A stretch of DNA of 41,553 bases from Octopus bimaculoides (lineage: Eukaryota): assembly GCF_001194135.2 (NCBI RefSeq), contig NC_068995.1, positions 38,259,572 to 38,301,124 of the forward strand. The letters run 5' to 3'. Positions 1-12,420 of this stretch are shown piece after piece. Below the pieces are notes generated by a model. It was not told the DNA's origin. It made no database searches and saw only the letters and a program-made list of their open reading frames with translations. Positions within the stretch are counted from its first letter, which is position 1. Every line of letters starts with the position of its first letter. Position numbers and translations under genes: made by a program.

Positions 1-129
1 ATATATATATATATATAGACATATATATTTACATGTCAAAATGATGTGTTATAATACTATTCCAATTATACAAAAGCTGTCATACCAACAGTTCAACATA
101 CCTCCATCATCATCTGCCCCGGGGATATC

Positions 130-456
130 ATTATGGTTTCGACACATGGGAATGCAAATAGAAAGTTACCCTCCCAGGCACAAGTCCAGGCAAGTTTGTT
201 TTATGGAAGACCACCAGTCGCCAATGCATAACGGCCTCCCCTCTCCACGTCACCAGTGTTATCCAAGTGAAAGGCAAAGCGATATACAGCTTGGCACTTG
301 TGACGCCGCAACTCATTTCTACAGCTGAGTGAACTGCAGCAACGTGAAATAAAGTGTCTTGCTTAAGAACACAACACGCAGCCCGGTCCGGGATTCGAAC
401 TCACAACGTCACGATCGTAAGCTCGTCGCTTTAACCATTGATCCATGCGCCTTCAC
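130..456 (-). mobile_element. tRNA-derived SINE
   Basis: Minus strand starts GTGAAGGCGCATGG. It has an A-box-like TGGATCAATGG (445-435) and a B-box GTTCGAATCCC (400-390). The head is similar to the copy at 23796. The 3' boundary is approximate. Confidence 0.8.
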
Positions 457-633
457 TAATAAAAGTATACTTGTAATTAACTATTATTATAACACTTTGC
501 TACGATTAAAGCTAAATTAAAACTGTTTAAATGATAATAAAACTACAAAGTATTAACAATTACATGTTTTTCAAACAGCACGGTTCCATTACTTCTATAA
601 CTTAGAAGGTTAGATGATGACTTAGTTGGTGAA

Positions 634-1329
634 TTATATTGGTGACTTAGTAAACAAATAACTTGAATAGCAAACATTCAAAATCTTCACACTAAATTGA
701 AGACTAGACACTGCCGCATATTCATTTAAAATATCAAGTGTCTCAACTAAATAGCGATTAAATGTTTTAGCCATTTTACCATATCTATACCCTTGTTTTA
801 TTAAATGCTTTAGCAATTTATTTATTATTTACAAAATTTTATTAGCATTATTGATAATAGTACCATGTCTGACTCTTTGTCCTGCAAAGAAACTATAATC
901 AATAAAAGAAAAAATTATATTTCTGAACCATGGCATTGAAGCCACTTGGTAAACAGAAACTTGTTTTAGCATAAATATCAGTAAATATTTCATTAATATC
1001 TTGACATCTAAACGATTAATATTCCTTATATTGTTACCATTTCTGGTGGCTATGAGCTCACTTGGCTTTATTCTTCTCAGTAAAAATTTTAATAAACCAT
1101 AATCAGGTATAATTATATCATCTTTGTATCTGCAGCATCCATTAAGCTGTTTAAGTAAACCAATCTCTTTCCTCGCACAGAGGTCTTTAAGAACAAGGAA
1201 ATCGCATGAAGAAAAATAAAGTTCCGCCAACAAAAGGCAATAATTACCACCCATTCGAATTCCCTTAACATGCTCAAACACCCCACCCGTAAACATATCA
1301 AAGGAAGTATTAATAATAAAACTAATCAT
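634..1329 (-). mobile_element. Degenerate Penelope-like element (PLE) reverse transcriptase
   Basis: ORF 829..1329 reads F..VFEHVKGIRMGGNYCLLLAELYF...RYKDDIII...LDVKI. This fits the PLE RT pattern Q..GIPMG...P.LA.LY...RYIDD...FLDV.I. ORF 634..816 (LIKQGYRYGKMAKTF) resembles the PLE thumb region. Frameshifted. Confidence 0.75.
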
Positions 1330-1830
1330 TTATTTCATTTTTATTTTACTCATGTTAGCATATCACTTACAACAACAATTACAAAAGAAACCTTTACCGT
1401 TCTTTAAATATATACATTTATATCCTTTATAAGAAATAATATCTAATATTCTTAAAATACCATCTTCCATACATTTAAGATTTATGCTTGTATATAGTTT
1501 CAAATATCATACACATGCATACGCTTCACTTTCTTACATTTGATCGATCTATCCAGAAATTCCTTAGTTGATCTAATACTCCAATAATAATTAATTTCTC
1601 AACTGTTATAGATTTATTAAACAGTATTTTTGTACAATATGTTGTAACAACTCTAAAACTTCATTGCCCAATAAAGATAACTATTTATTTGTTATGTTAC
1701 TAGGTCATGTTATGAATCTCCCTATTCAACTGTCATTTTCACAGCTCTTTTGTTTGTTTTCGTAACGGTCATCGTCATAATATTTTTCCTTCATTTAACG
1801 GTCATTTTCATAGCATTTTTTTTGTCTTCA

Positions 1831-1888
1831 CAACTGACGAGATGCCGGAGCAGAATTCCGCCGCGATATTCGAAACTCTGAGTTTTAT
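1831..1888 (+). ncRNA. Type I hammerhead-ribozyme-like motif (probable PLE pseudo-LTR)
   Basis: Core CTGACGA (1834-1840), irregular stem II with inner CGGAG/TTCCG, GAAA (1872-1875), stem III CTC-T-GAG (1876-1882), cleavage triplet GUU. Stem I is weak. Confidence 0.6.
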
Positions 1889-2004
1889 TATGGCAACTGA
1901 CTAATTGTCAGTTTTTACTTTTATTTACATAATATCGAGGTCTCATTCATTCTTTTGTTGTCATATTGTTATTATTATTATTATTAATAGATATATATAT
2001 AGTA

Positions 2005-2258
2005 AATGGAAACTGAAAGAAGGCTGTCGTAAATATGTGTGCATTTGTATGTATGTGCGTGTCGGCATTTGCACCCTAGTGTCACTTGACAAACGATGTT
2101 GCTGCGTTTATGTCCTCGTAACTTAGAGGATCGGTAGAAGACACCATTAGAATAAGCACTAGGCTTACAAAGAATAAATCGTGGGGTCAATTTCTTCGAC
2201 TAAAGGTGCTCCAGCATGGCCGTAATCACGTAACTGAAACAAATGAAACAATAAAAAC
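2005..2258 (+). mobile_element. 5'-truncated SINE of the family at 4116/24958/41150
   Basis: Shares GGAAACTGAAAGAAG..., AATAAGyACTAGGCTTACAAAGAATAA..., CCAGCATGGCCG and ACTGAAAC with the other copies. Confidence 0.7.
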
Positions 2259-2461
2259 TATTCTCTTTCAATCCCATACAACGCCGGGTATCTCTGCTTA
2301 TAACAAAGTAAAATTATAAAATTTGGTAAGGGGTATTAAGACCAAGTAAGGTAAGAAGAATTTAACAGCATGACATTTTCTTGAAGCAATTTCAGCTTTC
2401 GATGTAGTTTGTTCTAGTTCATTACGTTTAGACTATGATCATAACCGATTGATGTCATTGT

Positions 2462-2937
2462 AGAGTACCCATTTTTCATCCCCAGTGATGACTCGTTCCA
2501 AACAATGGTCGGTTTCATTGCATTTGAGATTCATATTGCAAATATTTGATTCGTTTTGTGAAGTGAATCTCTTGCAATTTATGTGGAACTGAAATATTAA
2601 GCTTCTTAACGAGTCCAAGACATTTTAAGTAATTGTCAATTGTTGTGTGTAGTACATGTAACCTCTCTGCAATCTCTCGCACAGTTATTTGACAATTAGA
2701 TTCAATTATGCCTTTCATTCGGTCATTATCGACTTCAGTAGGTCGACCAGAACGATGGTCAGCTTTGAGTGAAAAATCTCCTGAACGTAATTATTCAAAT
2801 CGTTTCTGATATGTTCGTTCTGTTAAGTAGTCAACACCACAAACTTCATATATCTCTTTGTGAGCCTCAGCAGCTTTCTTATCCTTATGGAAATAAAATA
2901 GCAAAATATGGCGAAGATGTTCGTTTTTGCACCCCAT
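2462..2937 (-). mobile_element. Mariner transposase pseudogene (N-terminal half)
   Basis: Manual translation from ATG 2937: MGCKNEHLRHILLFYFHKDKKAAEAHKEIYEV...RFE*LRSGDFSL...RSGRP...ITVREIAERL...SVPHKL (WVPHEL-like). After a frameshift it continues LERVITGDEKWVLY. Confidence 0.9.
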
Positions 2938-4055
2938 GTTGAAACTGACACTAAACTGATAATTGCAAACAAAATTACGCGAAAGTTGCTTTTAAAGTAA
3001 GTTAAACGTAACGGCTATCAAATGTCAAAACGAAAAGTTCATAACATCGAAAGCATTCAAAACAATCGTACCTCCACCTGTTGGTGGAAAACGAAATTAC
3101 TTTGTTGTCAAACCAATAGAATAACAGTACCAAAACAGGGGTTAGTGTCGCGATTAGCCAGTGAGTTTTTTAAAGAATTATTTATTAGCAACAGGCCATT
3201 AATCAACAACCTTTCCATGTATTAAAGGCCACTGTGAGGGTGGTACAAAAAGGTAGAAGAAAGAGAAAGTGTGCTTTGAAATTGGAGTCTTTTAAGTAGG
3301 AAATATAAACCACTGGGTCTGTTGTGTGTTTGCATCGGCCTCGATGTATTAAATATATTCTAACTTGGATACAACATTCAGGCGGTTGCAGGGATTGCTC
3401 AAGGTAAAGTTCGAACCGTGTGCCAGAAAACTCGAAGCACTAATGGCGTGATTTCTCTCGCTAATTTGCTATTTCGATAAACCAATCGATATTTATCTAC
3501 TGACAAAACACACACGATCGGTTATTTGCTATCAATTTGTAGCTTTTAAAGCATCGCATTTATGCTAATTATTGATCACCACTTCAAGTTTGTAAAATGG
3601 TCTCAGATAAATACATCTAATATTTTAAAAACAACGATGATTGGAAGGAAAGCAAAGCAAGTGTAACAACAAGGATATGATGGTGTAAATAATTCTTCCC
3701 CATATGCATTAGCTTTACCTAATATAAATATATTTGTCTAAAAGTAATGTGTGAGAATAAGTAATAAAAGAAAAAAAGGAACTCAAATCCAAGGTAGTAC
3801 TAGCACAGCTTGATTGATATATGTGTAAGTAATTGGAATAATATCTGTTTATACATTAGGCTGGCAAACCTATCAATTCTGATTACCTACATCTGCTAAA
3901 TAATATTTATTTAATATATTCATGGGTATACGTAAAGACACATAGGCACACACGCACACACACACACAAACACACATAGACACATGCACACACATACACA
4001 CACACGCATTCATCTATACGTATATCTGTACAGAAATATATGAGCTTGTATTTAT

Positions 4056-4115
<60 letters not shown>

Positions 4116-4119
<4 letters not shown>

Positions 4120-4452
4120 GCGCAGGAGTGGCTATGTTGTTACGATCTTGCTTCCCAACCACATAGTTCCGGGTTCAGTTCCATTGCATTTCACTTTGGA
4201 CAAGTGTCTTCTACTATAACTACGGGCCGACCAAAGACTTGCGAGCGGATTTCGTAGACGGTGACTGAAAGAAGGCCGTCCCAGATGTTGGTGTGTTTAT
4301 GTCCCCGTAGCATAGCAGTTCCGCAAGAGAGAAGGATACAATAAGTACTAGGCTTACAAAGAATAAGTCCTGAAGTCGATGTTCTCGACTAAAATCATTT
4401 AAGGCCCAGCTTGGCCGCCGTGAAATGACTGAAACATGTAAAAGAATAAAAG
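4116..4452 (+). mobile_element. SINE, near full length
   Basis: GTAGGCGCAGGAGTGGCT head, GGGTTCAGTTCC B-box-like motif, family body, and an AAAGAATAAAAG tail followed by (TA)n. Homologous to 24958-25385 (-) and 41150-41543 (+). Confidence 0.8.
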
Positions 4453-4672
4453 TATATATATATATATATTTCTAAAACTTTTTTTGCTGCCCTACGATAT
4501 ATTAATAATGATAAAATATTTTTTGGGCTAATTTCTGGAAGAAAATCAGCATTTTTTGTATTTGCTGCCAATAAGGTAAACCGCACATGCGCGGTAAATT
4601 TTGAAAAATTAAGCATATAAGCATAAGTCATGTTTCCTATATAGTGACTCGTGTTTATATGTTTTAACTAGG

Positions 4673-4750
4673 TATTCCGCTGAAGATAGCTGACCTGGCA
4701 AAATATTTTTTTATTTTGCTAAAATAGCTTGAAACCATGGTACGAAAATA
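4673..4750 (+). ncRNA. Type I hammerhead ribozyme motif with intact core
   Basis: Stem I TATTCCG/CGAAAATA (imperfect), core CTGAAGA (4680-4686), stem II AGCT...TGGCAAAATA/TATTTTGCTA...AGCT, GAAA (4731-4734), palindromic stem III CCATGG (4735-4740), cleavage triplet GUA. Confidence 0.7.
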
Positions 4751-5267
4751 GATTGGTAAATGTTTTTATTTTTCATTCCCTTTCGATATTATCCCTATTT
4801 TTGTGTTATAGAGTTTTTTGCTGCTCTTTCTAGCGGGTTAGGTGTCCTATTATAGGCATCTTTGTATTTTAAACGAATTATATATATATATATATACACN
4901 NNNNNNNNNNNNNNNNNNNNNNNNNNNNNNNNNNNNNNNNNNNNNNNNNNNNNNNNNNNNNNNNNNNNNNNNNNNNNNNNNNNNNNNNNNNNNNNNNNNN
5001 NNNNNNNNNNNNNNNNNNNNNNNNNNNNNNNNNNNNNNNNNNNNNNNNNNNNNNNNNNNNNNNNNNNNNNNNNNNNNNNNNNNNNNNNNNNNNNNNNNNN
5101 NNNNNNNNNNNNNNNNNNNNNNNNNNNNNNNNNNNNNNNNNNNNNNNNNNNNNNNNNNNNNNNNNNNNNNNNNNNNNNNNNNNNNNNNNNNNNNNNNNNN
5201 NNNNNNNNNNNNNNNNNNNNNNNNNNNNNNNNNNNNNNNNNNNNNNNNNNNNNNNNNNNNNNNNNNN

Positions 5268-5312
<45 letters not shown>

Positions 5313-5315
<3 letters not shown>

Positions 5316-6504
5316 GATACGTAAGGTATTTGTGGTCATTGGGTCATTGCTGTATATTTTACGTAAGGTATTTGAGGTAACTTGGATCATTGCTGTATAT
5401 TTTGATAACACTGAATAATCTTTCCTTCAGAAAATAATAATGCCAGACACTCATCTTTCTCAAGATGTGGTTATAAAGGCTGTGCATAGACATATTTCGA
5501 TTTTTAAAAGTTGGCTGATCATTCGTCTACCAAGTTCGTAAGGAGCTAGTGACCGAATATAGTAACTTCTCACCAGTATGAAAGCATAAAAAGCATTCTA
5601 AATCTCCTGAAATCATCAGATCCCCTGAATGTATCCAGTAAGTTCAACAGACAATTGATTACAAACCGAGAAAGACCATGACGCCAATTGCAAAAGATCA
5701 CCATGTGTCAGAAAGAGCATCAGAAGACGTCAGATATAAGACTTATATGATGAGGAACGGTCCATTTGTCAGAAAGATCAAAAGAAATCACTACATCAGA
5801 TCTAGTCCAGTAAAGAAAAACATCGACCAAGATCAAAACGTTAACAGAAGAAATGATAGATAGTTATGTGCAGACTGTTCTGAAGTTCCAAGTTTTATGC
5901 ATACACATTTCCTGCACCTGCCATGGTTTTAGGGACCGTCAGCAATGAAGGAGATTTCATGCATCCTTACTTCTTTCCTCTCAAAGCCTTAGTGTTAAGT
6001 CTGCATCCTACATTGAGGTCCTGGAAATAATTGCTAAGTCCTGGAACGACAGTGTATGCAATGGAAGGCCATATGTGTTTCAGTAAGTCTCCACACTATC
6101 GCACATGGCTCTAGTAACACAGGAATGAATGGCTGAAAAGTTTCAAGATCACATAACCCCTAACATTTGGCCTCCCAATTCCTCAGACCTCAATCCATTG
6201 GGCTATTACATGTGGAGTATTGTTGAAAGAGAGGTCAAGGAACACGCCCATTACACCAAAGATACTGAAATCTGCCATGCTCAGAGTAATGTCCAAAATG
6301 AACCAGGACCACTTGATTCAAGCATGTAGATGATTTAAATATAATGCAGAAGCAGTTGTTGAAGCTAAAGGTGGCTTTATTCAACAGAAGTCTAGAAAAG
6401 AAAGTCTATTTTTATCCTCATAGCATTTTCTGATAAATTTATTTTCTGTTATAATATGTTTTTTTTTTAATATAAATCTATCCTCAAATACCTTACGCAC
6501 CCTG
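5313..6504 (+). mobile_element. Decayed Tc1/mariner-superfamily element (maT/DD37D-like) with both TIRs
   Basis: Left TIR CAGGATACGTAAGGTATTTGTGG; right TIR (reverse complement) CAGGGTGCGTAAGGTATTTGAGG; both flanked by TA. Internal WPPNSSDLNPLGYYMWSIVER is the WPPNSPDLNPLDY..W motif. Confidence 0.85.
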
Positions 6505-8051
6505 TATATATAATTATATACGTGTATGTATGTGTGTATTTGTGCATATTTGTCTGTGTGAGTTTTGTGTATGCATGTGTGTGTATCTGTATGCACATAT
6601 ATATATATATATATATANNNNNNNNNNNNNNNNNNNNNNNNNNNNNNNNNNNNNNNNNNNNNNNNNNNNNNNNNNNNNNNNNNNNNNNNNNNNNNNNNNN
6701 NNNNNNNNNNNNNNNNNNNNNNNNNNNNNNNNNNNNNNNNNNNTATATATATGTATCTATGTGCGCTAGTGTATACATATATGCGTGTATGGGAGTAAAT
6801 ATAAGGATAAGAAAGTTAGGCAAATCGATATATAAAAAAAATATTAAATACGTTTAATACAAAGTTGTACATATGATTACATATACGAGGGCCTGGTAAT
6901 GTCCAATGATGGAATTAATTGAAAATAATTTTTTTGGTCCACCAAACACCCAGAGACAACTGTTTGACTAGTAAAACTCTTATTTAACCCCTATAATTCC
7001 TGATATCATTTCTATTCGGTGTAAATAGGACTCTCTTATTTGTAAACATGTACATTTTTTTGTATTAAATGTATTTCAAAATTTTTGTATATCGATGTGC
7101 CTAACTTGCGAATCCTTACATTTACTCCCCCAACCTGCTAAAATTTAAATCTCTTGAGCACTATAAAGTGTATTCTATATGGAGAATATCTGTCTCTTAT
7201 CTATAAAATATATGTGTGATTGTGTGTGTGTGTTTGTGTGCATGTGTGTGTGTGCATATGTGTGTGTGTGCATGTGTGTGTGCGTATGTGTATTACTGTA
7301 ATATATAATCTCCAAAAATAGTAAAACCATTGAATGTTAAGCTATAATGCAATTATATATACTAACGTATGTAATTTCAAACACACTCACAAGGACTTAC
7401 AGACAACCATTTGTTTATATACACCTGCATAAAAGTACATTATACATATTTATTTACGAATATCATATATATGTGTGTTCGAGACTGCATATATGTATTA
7501 TTAATGTATTTATATATGCACAAATGAATAAATATGGTCTGCGTAAGATTATGCTGATATCTTTATATGTTTATATGTCATTAGTTGGATGTGGATTTAT
7601 GCCGTAGTTGCTTAGGTAAATGTTATTTTCCCAATACTTACGCCAAATATCATTTCTAGAACTATTTCCATTTCGTTATTTACGCAGAAGTTTATGCCAT
7701 AATTTCATAAACTCAGCAACTAAATAAAGAACTATAAAATCGATTTGCAAATGATGAAAACTGAACTGTAAAATATATAAAAAAATTTCCAGTCAAACTT
7801 TTTGCCAGACACTCTAACAGTGATTCATTTCCTGTGTATGCTTACGAGCGGAGACACACCCTAGTAAATAGGAAAATTTCTGCGTAAGCGATACTGATTT
7901 CGAATCCAACATTCGGTTTGCGTGTGCAGTGAGAGAGAAATCATTTGGAAATACATCGGAGTCATCTGGAGACACTTCACACATACACATAACACACGCG
8001 CGCGAACGTACACAAAAACATGAACATGCACGCACACGCACACCCGCCTGT

Positions 8052-8083
<32 letters not shown>

Positions 8084-8230
8084 GCATAATCACATACACA
8101 CATTAATGGGTGCAAGCGAGTTGTAGCAGGAAGAGGCGTGTTACCAGGTAGCCAGGGCGCATATTATACGTAAACATTTTGTGAAAATTGAATGACTTCG
8201 CTCATGGCAAGATACATATTTTTTATAAAA

Positions 8231-8272
<42 letters not shown>

Positions 8273-9055
8273 GTCTACTTCTTAACACAATGCAGGTATA
8301 TTCGATAAAATCTACTAAACACCGGAAGCCTTTTAAACTTCTATGAAGTCTAACGCTGTTGAGTCTACGTTTATTGATGGTTTTAATTTTATCACTTAAC
8401 AAGTGAGTATAGTTTTGACAATTCAAACAAATATGCGCTCTGGATACACAACATTGCTTGTAGTATGATTTGATGAGCGAATACAACGTTGCCTGCTTGA
8501 GCAATCATGCGTATATCTAATATATAGATAGTAGTGAAAAGAAGTATGGACTTGTCTGTGTTAACTTAGCAACCATAAAAGGCTGTCCTTTCTCATGGCC
8601 ACTGAAAACACAAAATCATCAGGAACTGAATGCACATTAGATGGCATAGCAAATGTGAGTGTATGAGAAAAATGCATTAAATCAAAACGACTCACATAGC
8701 ACAATAGATAATAAATGTACCTTCCATCCTGTGGAATAGTCACGTACCTTTAGAGTGCATTGATGTATCAACATTTTCGTAAGTACAAATGCGTAATTTG
8801 TCCATCTTGCAGCTTCAAATTTTAAAGATCAGTGACAATTTATCTGCTTCTAGTTGAATAAGGGGTGGGGCGGTTAGTATCAAGCTCAATATGATTTTGT
8901 GGAGCTTACAGTCAAACGTTTAGAAAGCCATTCATATTTTCTACAATTTCAGAAGAGACTAGGTGAATATTTTATTTCATATTTTCTTCACATGTACTGA
9001 TGAATGTTACACAAAATGCCGTACTTCGAAATCCTTCATGGTAGTGTCAACTTGC

Positions 9056-9720
9056 TGCTGACAATTGCCATGCTGTAGTAAAGATTTTGCAAATTTGTGT
9101 GGTGTGGCATGCGTAGTAAGAGAATTCCTCATGTTGGATAGAATGATCAAGTGATTCCTCTAGCTTCAGAATATGTTTCTTGGAAGCAAGCTCCCCACTC
9201 ATTAGCTGGTGTACTGTTTGGAATGAATTGATACATGACGTTAGTATTATCACAGAAAACACGTAAAATGGATGGGACCGATTACTTCAAATGCAAGTCT
9301 GTAAAATGTCGAGCTCTGACACTTTATCTTAAGCTTCAATTGCTTCAGCACTTATTCCTGCCGAAAACCGTTGTTAATGTTGTTCATTGGATTGTGACTC
9401 TCTACAAGGTTAAATAATTGCTTAAAAGCATGATAAACAATCTTGCTACCAGTACACAAAACTGTTGCAATAAATTACGAGCCCTCTAAAATAAAATAAT
9501 TTCATTATACGTGTTTTCTCTGAGATAATACTAACGTGATTTATAAATTCATCCCAAAACAGTACACCATCTAATGAGTACTGAGCTTGCTTCCAAGAAT
9601 CACATATTCTGAAACTAGAGGAATCACTTGATCCTTCTAACCAACATAAGGTATACTTACTATAGACGCCGCACCAAACAAAGTTGCAAAATATTTACTA
9701 CAACTTGGCAACTGTCAGCA
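9056..9720. repeat. Inverted repeat: arms 9056-9270 and 9503-9720, 232-bp spacer
   Basis: Arm 2 reverse complement aligns along arm 1. Examples: GATCAAGTGATTCCTCTAGyTTCAGAATATGT, TTCTTGGAAGCAAGCTC, CACGTTAGTATTATC vs GACGTTAGTATTATC. About 80% identity by eye. Confidence 0.85.
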
Positions 9721-10591
9721 ATTAATTTTTACTCAAATTACGTCGATTATCTTTCAGCAGAATTATCACGAAGAATTATTATCCATGATTTATATGTCAT
9801 CACTTATTTGACGCTTGGGTATATTTTCTTTAATTGCAACACAGAAGCAATTAATTACTGAGAATATACTTCTTTAGTTGCAAAACGCTATTGATGCATG
9901 TTTAAAGAACCTTGAACGTGTCCCCTGGACACAATACTATTTTCCGAGTGTATCATTACTTGTTTCTGTATATCAGAGATAAACTTTATGTTTGGATATT
10001 AATCGTTGTGTTTAACACGGTATTACTTTTGACGTGTTATCTTGGTGCTCATGTTATAGTTGCAAGAAATGGATGGTGATCGCACAAGGAAATTAAAACT
10101 AAATTAGCTCCTCATATAGATTACAGAATTTGAGGCGACAGCGTAAAATGATAAATATTACTTCATTCTGTATGATTCTCCAAGAGCCATTTTGCGTTTG
10201 CGTTATGATACGCAGATATATCCAGTAATGTGGGGTGAGTCCAGGTCATAATCTTGAGCAGGAGCTACCTGATAGTTAAATTGCTATATAAACATATTCA
10301 TTTACATATTGTATAATCGAAATGATGGTGCGTCAGTTTCTAAAATAGTAATAAAGAGACATATTTGAAATTTAAGATTCTACATCTAGAATTCTATGTG
10401 TTGATATCAAATCTTGTTTACATAGGAACTCTACGTCTATATGAAATTACATGGGAATGCATATAGATTTCATTTGATACGTACACACACACAAATATAT
10501 ATATACATGTATACACCCCCCCCCATATATATNNNNNNNNNNTTGATACGTACACACACACAAATATATATATACATGTATACACCCCCCC

Positions 10592-10640
<49 letters not shown>

Positions 10641-11295
10641 CAGGCGTACGAGCGTTCACACACAAATGTATATATATACACACACATATTTTAAGAAAGA
10701 CAAATAATCATGATTTGGATAAAAAATGTATTTCGCGCTTTCCTCCATTTTATCCCTTTCAAAGAGTCATCATGAGTGATATCTTATACAAATAGAGATA
10801 TCTTATATGTGTAAGTCTGTCGAAAAACTCTGGAGTTGCATTTGTTTACCTAAAAGTAAGAAAATTTTGTTTCATATTCGCCGCCAGCACACATTCAGTT
10901 TGCGACTCTATAATTCAGTGAAGCTTTACCTAGCGTCGAACGGTTATCGACTGCAATTTCCAGCAAAACTGTTTTCCTTGTTGCGCCACTATTTCCTATT
11001 TACAATTCTACTTTTATGGTGCTTCATTTCGCTGCAAATAATACAATTGTATTGTAATAATATTTATATTTTTATATAAACTTTTTAACTGATCTCTTTT
11101 CTGCTTATGGATGGGGTTATTGACCGAGTATACAAGCATTGATGTAGCGGATATTTTCAATTTAGTCTTTTCGGTTGACCTAGCTGACAAGGACCAATGA
11201 GTTTTACGATAATAAACGTATTCTGAAAAGTCCGGAACTCGAGTACGCGGTTGTCCATTTCTCTCACGCTCTTCCTAGAGGTAAGGCGAACATAT

Positions 11296-11358
<63 letters not shown>

Positions 11359-11372
11359 CAATAATAATAACA

Positions 11373-11421
<49 letters not shown>
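11296..11421. repeat. Compound (TAC)n-(TAA)n microsatellite
   Basis: Read directly from the sequence. Confidence 0.95.
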
Positions 11422-11422
<1 letters not shown>

Positions 11423-11424
<2 letters not shown>

Positions 11425-12420
11425 TAGTACTCAGAGAGCGCAAACCTCCGGCAAGGTAACACCAATTTGCTCTCAACGATTAGCCGGAGGTGACTTTAAA
11501 AAGAGAATATCTGAAATAAACTCGACTGCTTTCATAAACGCGATACCTAAAAATGAACCCGACGGCTCTCACAAATCAAGTAAAAAACGGGAAAATAATC
11601 CAGAATCTTTGTCCGGTACCTGATCGATCCCAGTGATATTCATGGAACATGAAGCTGTGTATGCGGGCCATGTTTGTAATGATGCGTGTGTGTTGTCTGC
11701 AGGGACAGTTTTGTCTATGAAGGCCTTTTTTTAGTCTATCCATTGATCTAGAGTCTTTACAACCATTAACGGCTGTAAGAATAAATTTATCCTTGCGTGA
11801 AGGAAACGGAAAGGATTTGCATACGGTGTTGTTAACGGAGGTTTAGCAACATTATTGCGCACAAAAGCGTGAATCCCAAAATTAAAGTTTCTTTCAAGGC
11901 AGAGCTAGAAATGTAATTGTGAAGTAGCTAAGAGGTTTTAAACAGGAGCAACATATTCAAAATTGGTAAAGCTAAAAATTGTCGAGGACAAATTAAATTT
12001 ATCATTACTATTGAATGTGTTAATGTTATTTACTTTCTGAACGGTTTTGCTGCCGTTTGTTTAGGTAGTTTGATTTCTTCATCCATCAGTTTGTACTAAG
12101 ATAAAGACGCGAGTAAAATGAATAATAGAGAAACGAACACAAAACTTTGGAAACAGTAACGCCGCTATAACTTACGTGGGAACTATGAGCGTGCTTTCAA
12201 GGGATATAATCAGAGAAAGACTTGAAAGTGCGCGTAAGATAGTAATACTTCATGTAAATAAAGTAAATATAACAAATAATCCAGAATTCTTGTCCGGTAC
12301 TTGATCGATCCCAAAATCTTATCAGTTCGTACTCGTTACGTGGCCAAAGACCCCTGAAACTTTCATCCGAATCCAGCCAGTGGTTGTTGAGATATCCTGT
12401 CTACGGACAAACAAACACAG
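11423..12420 (+). mobile_element. Interspersed repeat in two pieces (11423-11632, 12274-12420) sharing a 40-bp direct repeat
   Basis: AAATAATCCAGAATCTTTGTCCGGTACCTGATCGATCCCA (11593-11632) vs AAATAATCCAGAATTCTTGTCCGGTACTTGATCGATCCCA (12274-12313), 37/40 identical. Family assignment is uncertain. Confidence 0.5.

Noticed and set aside
8997-9045. CTGATGA...GAAA hammerhead-like spacing
   Set aside because: Stems I-III do not pair convincingly and there is no palindromic stem III.
10474-10600. ~59-bp direct duplication either side of a 10-N gap
   Set aside because: Identical copies abutting a gap are typical of an unmerged contig overlap, so probably an assembly artefact.
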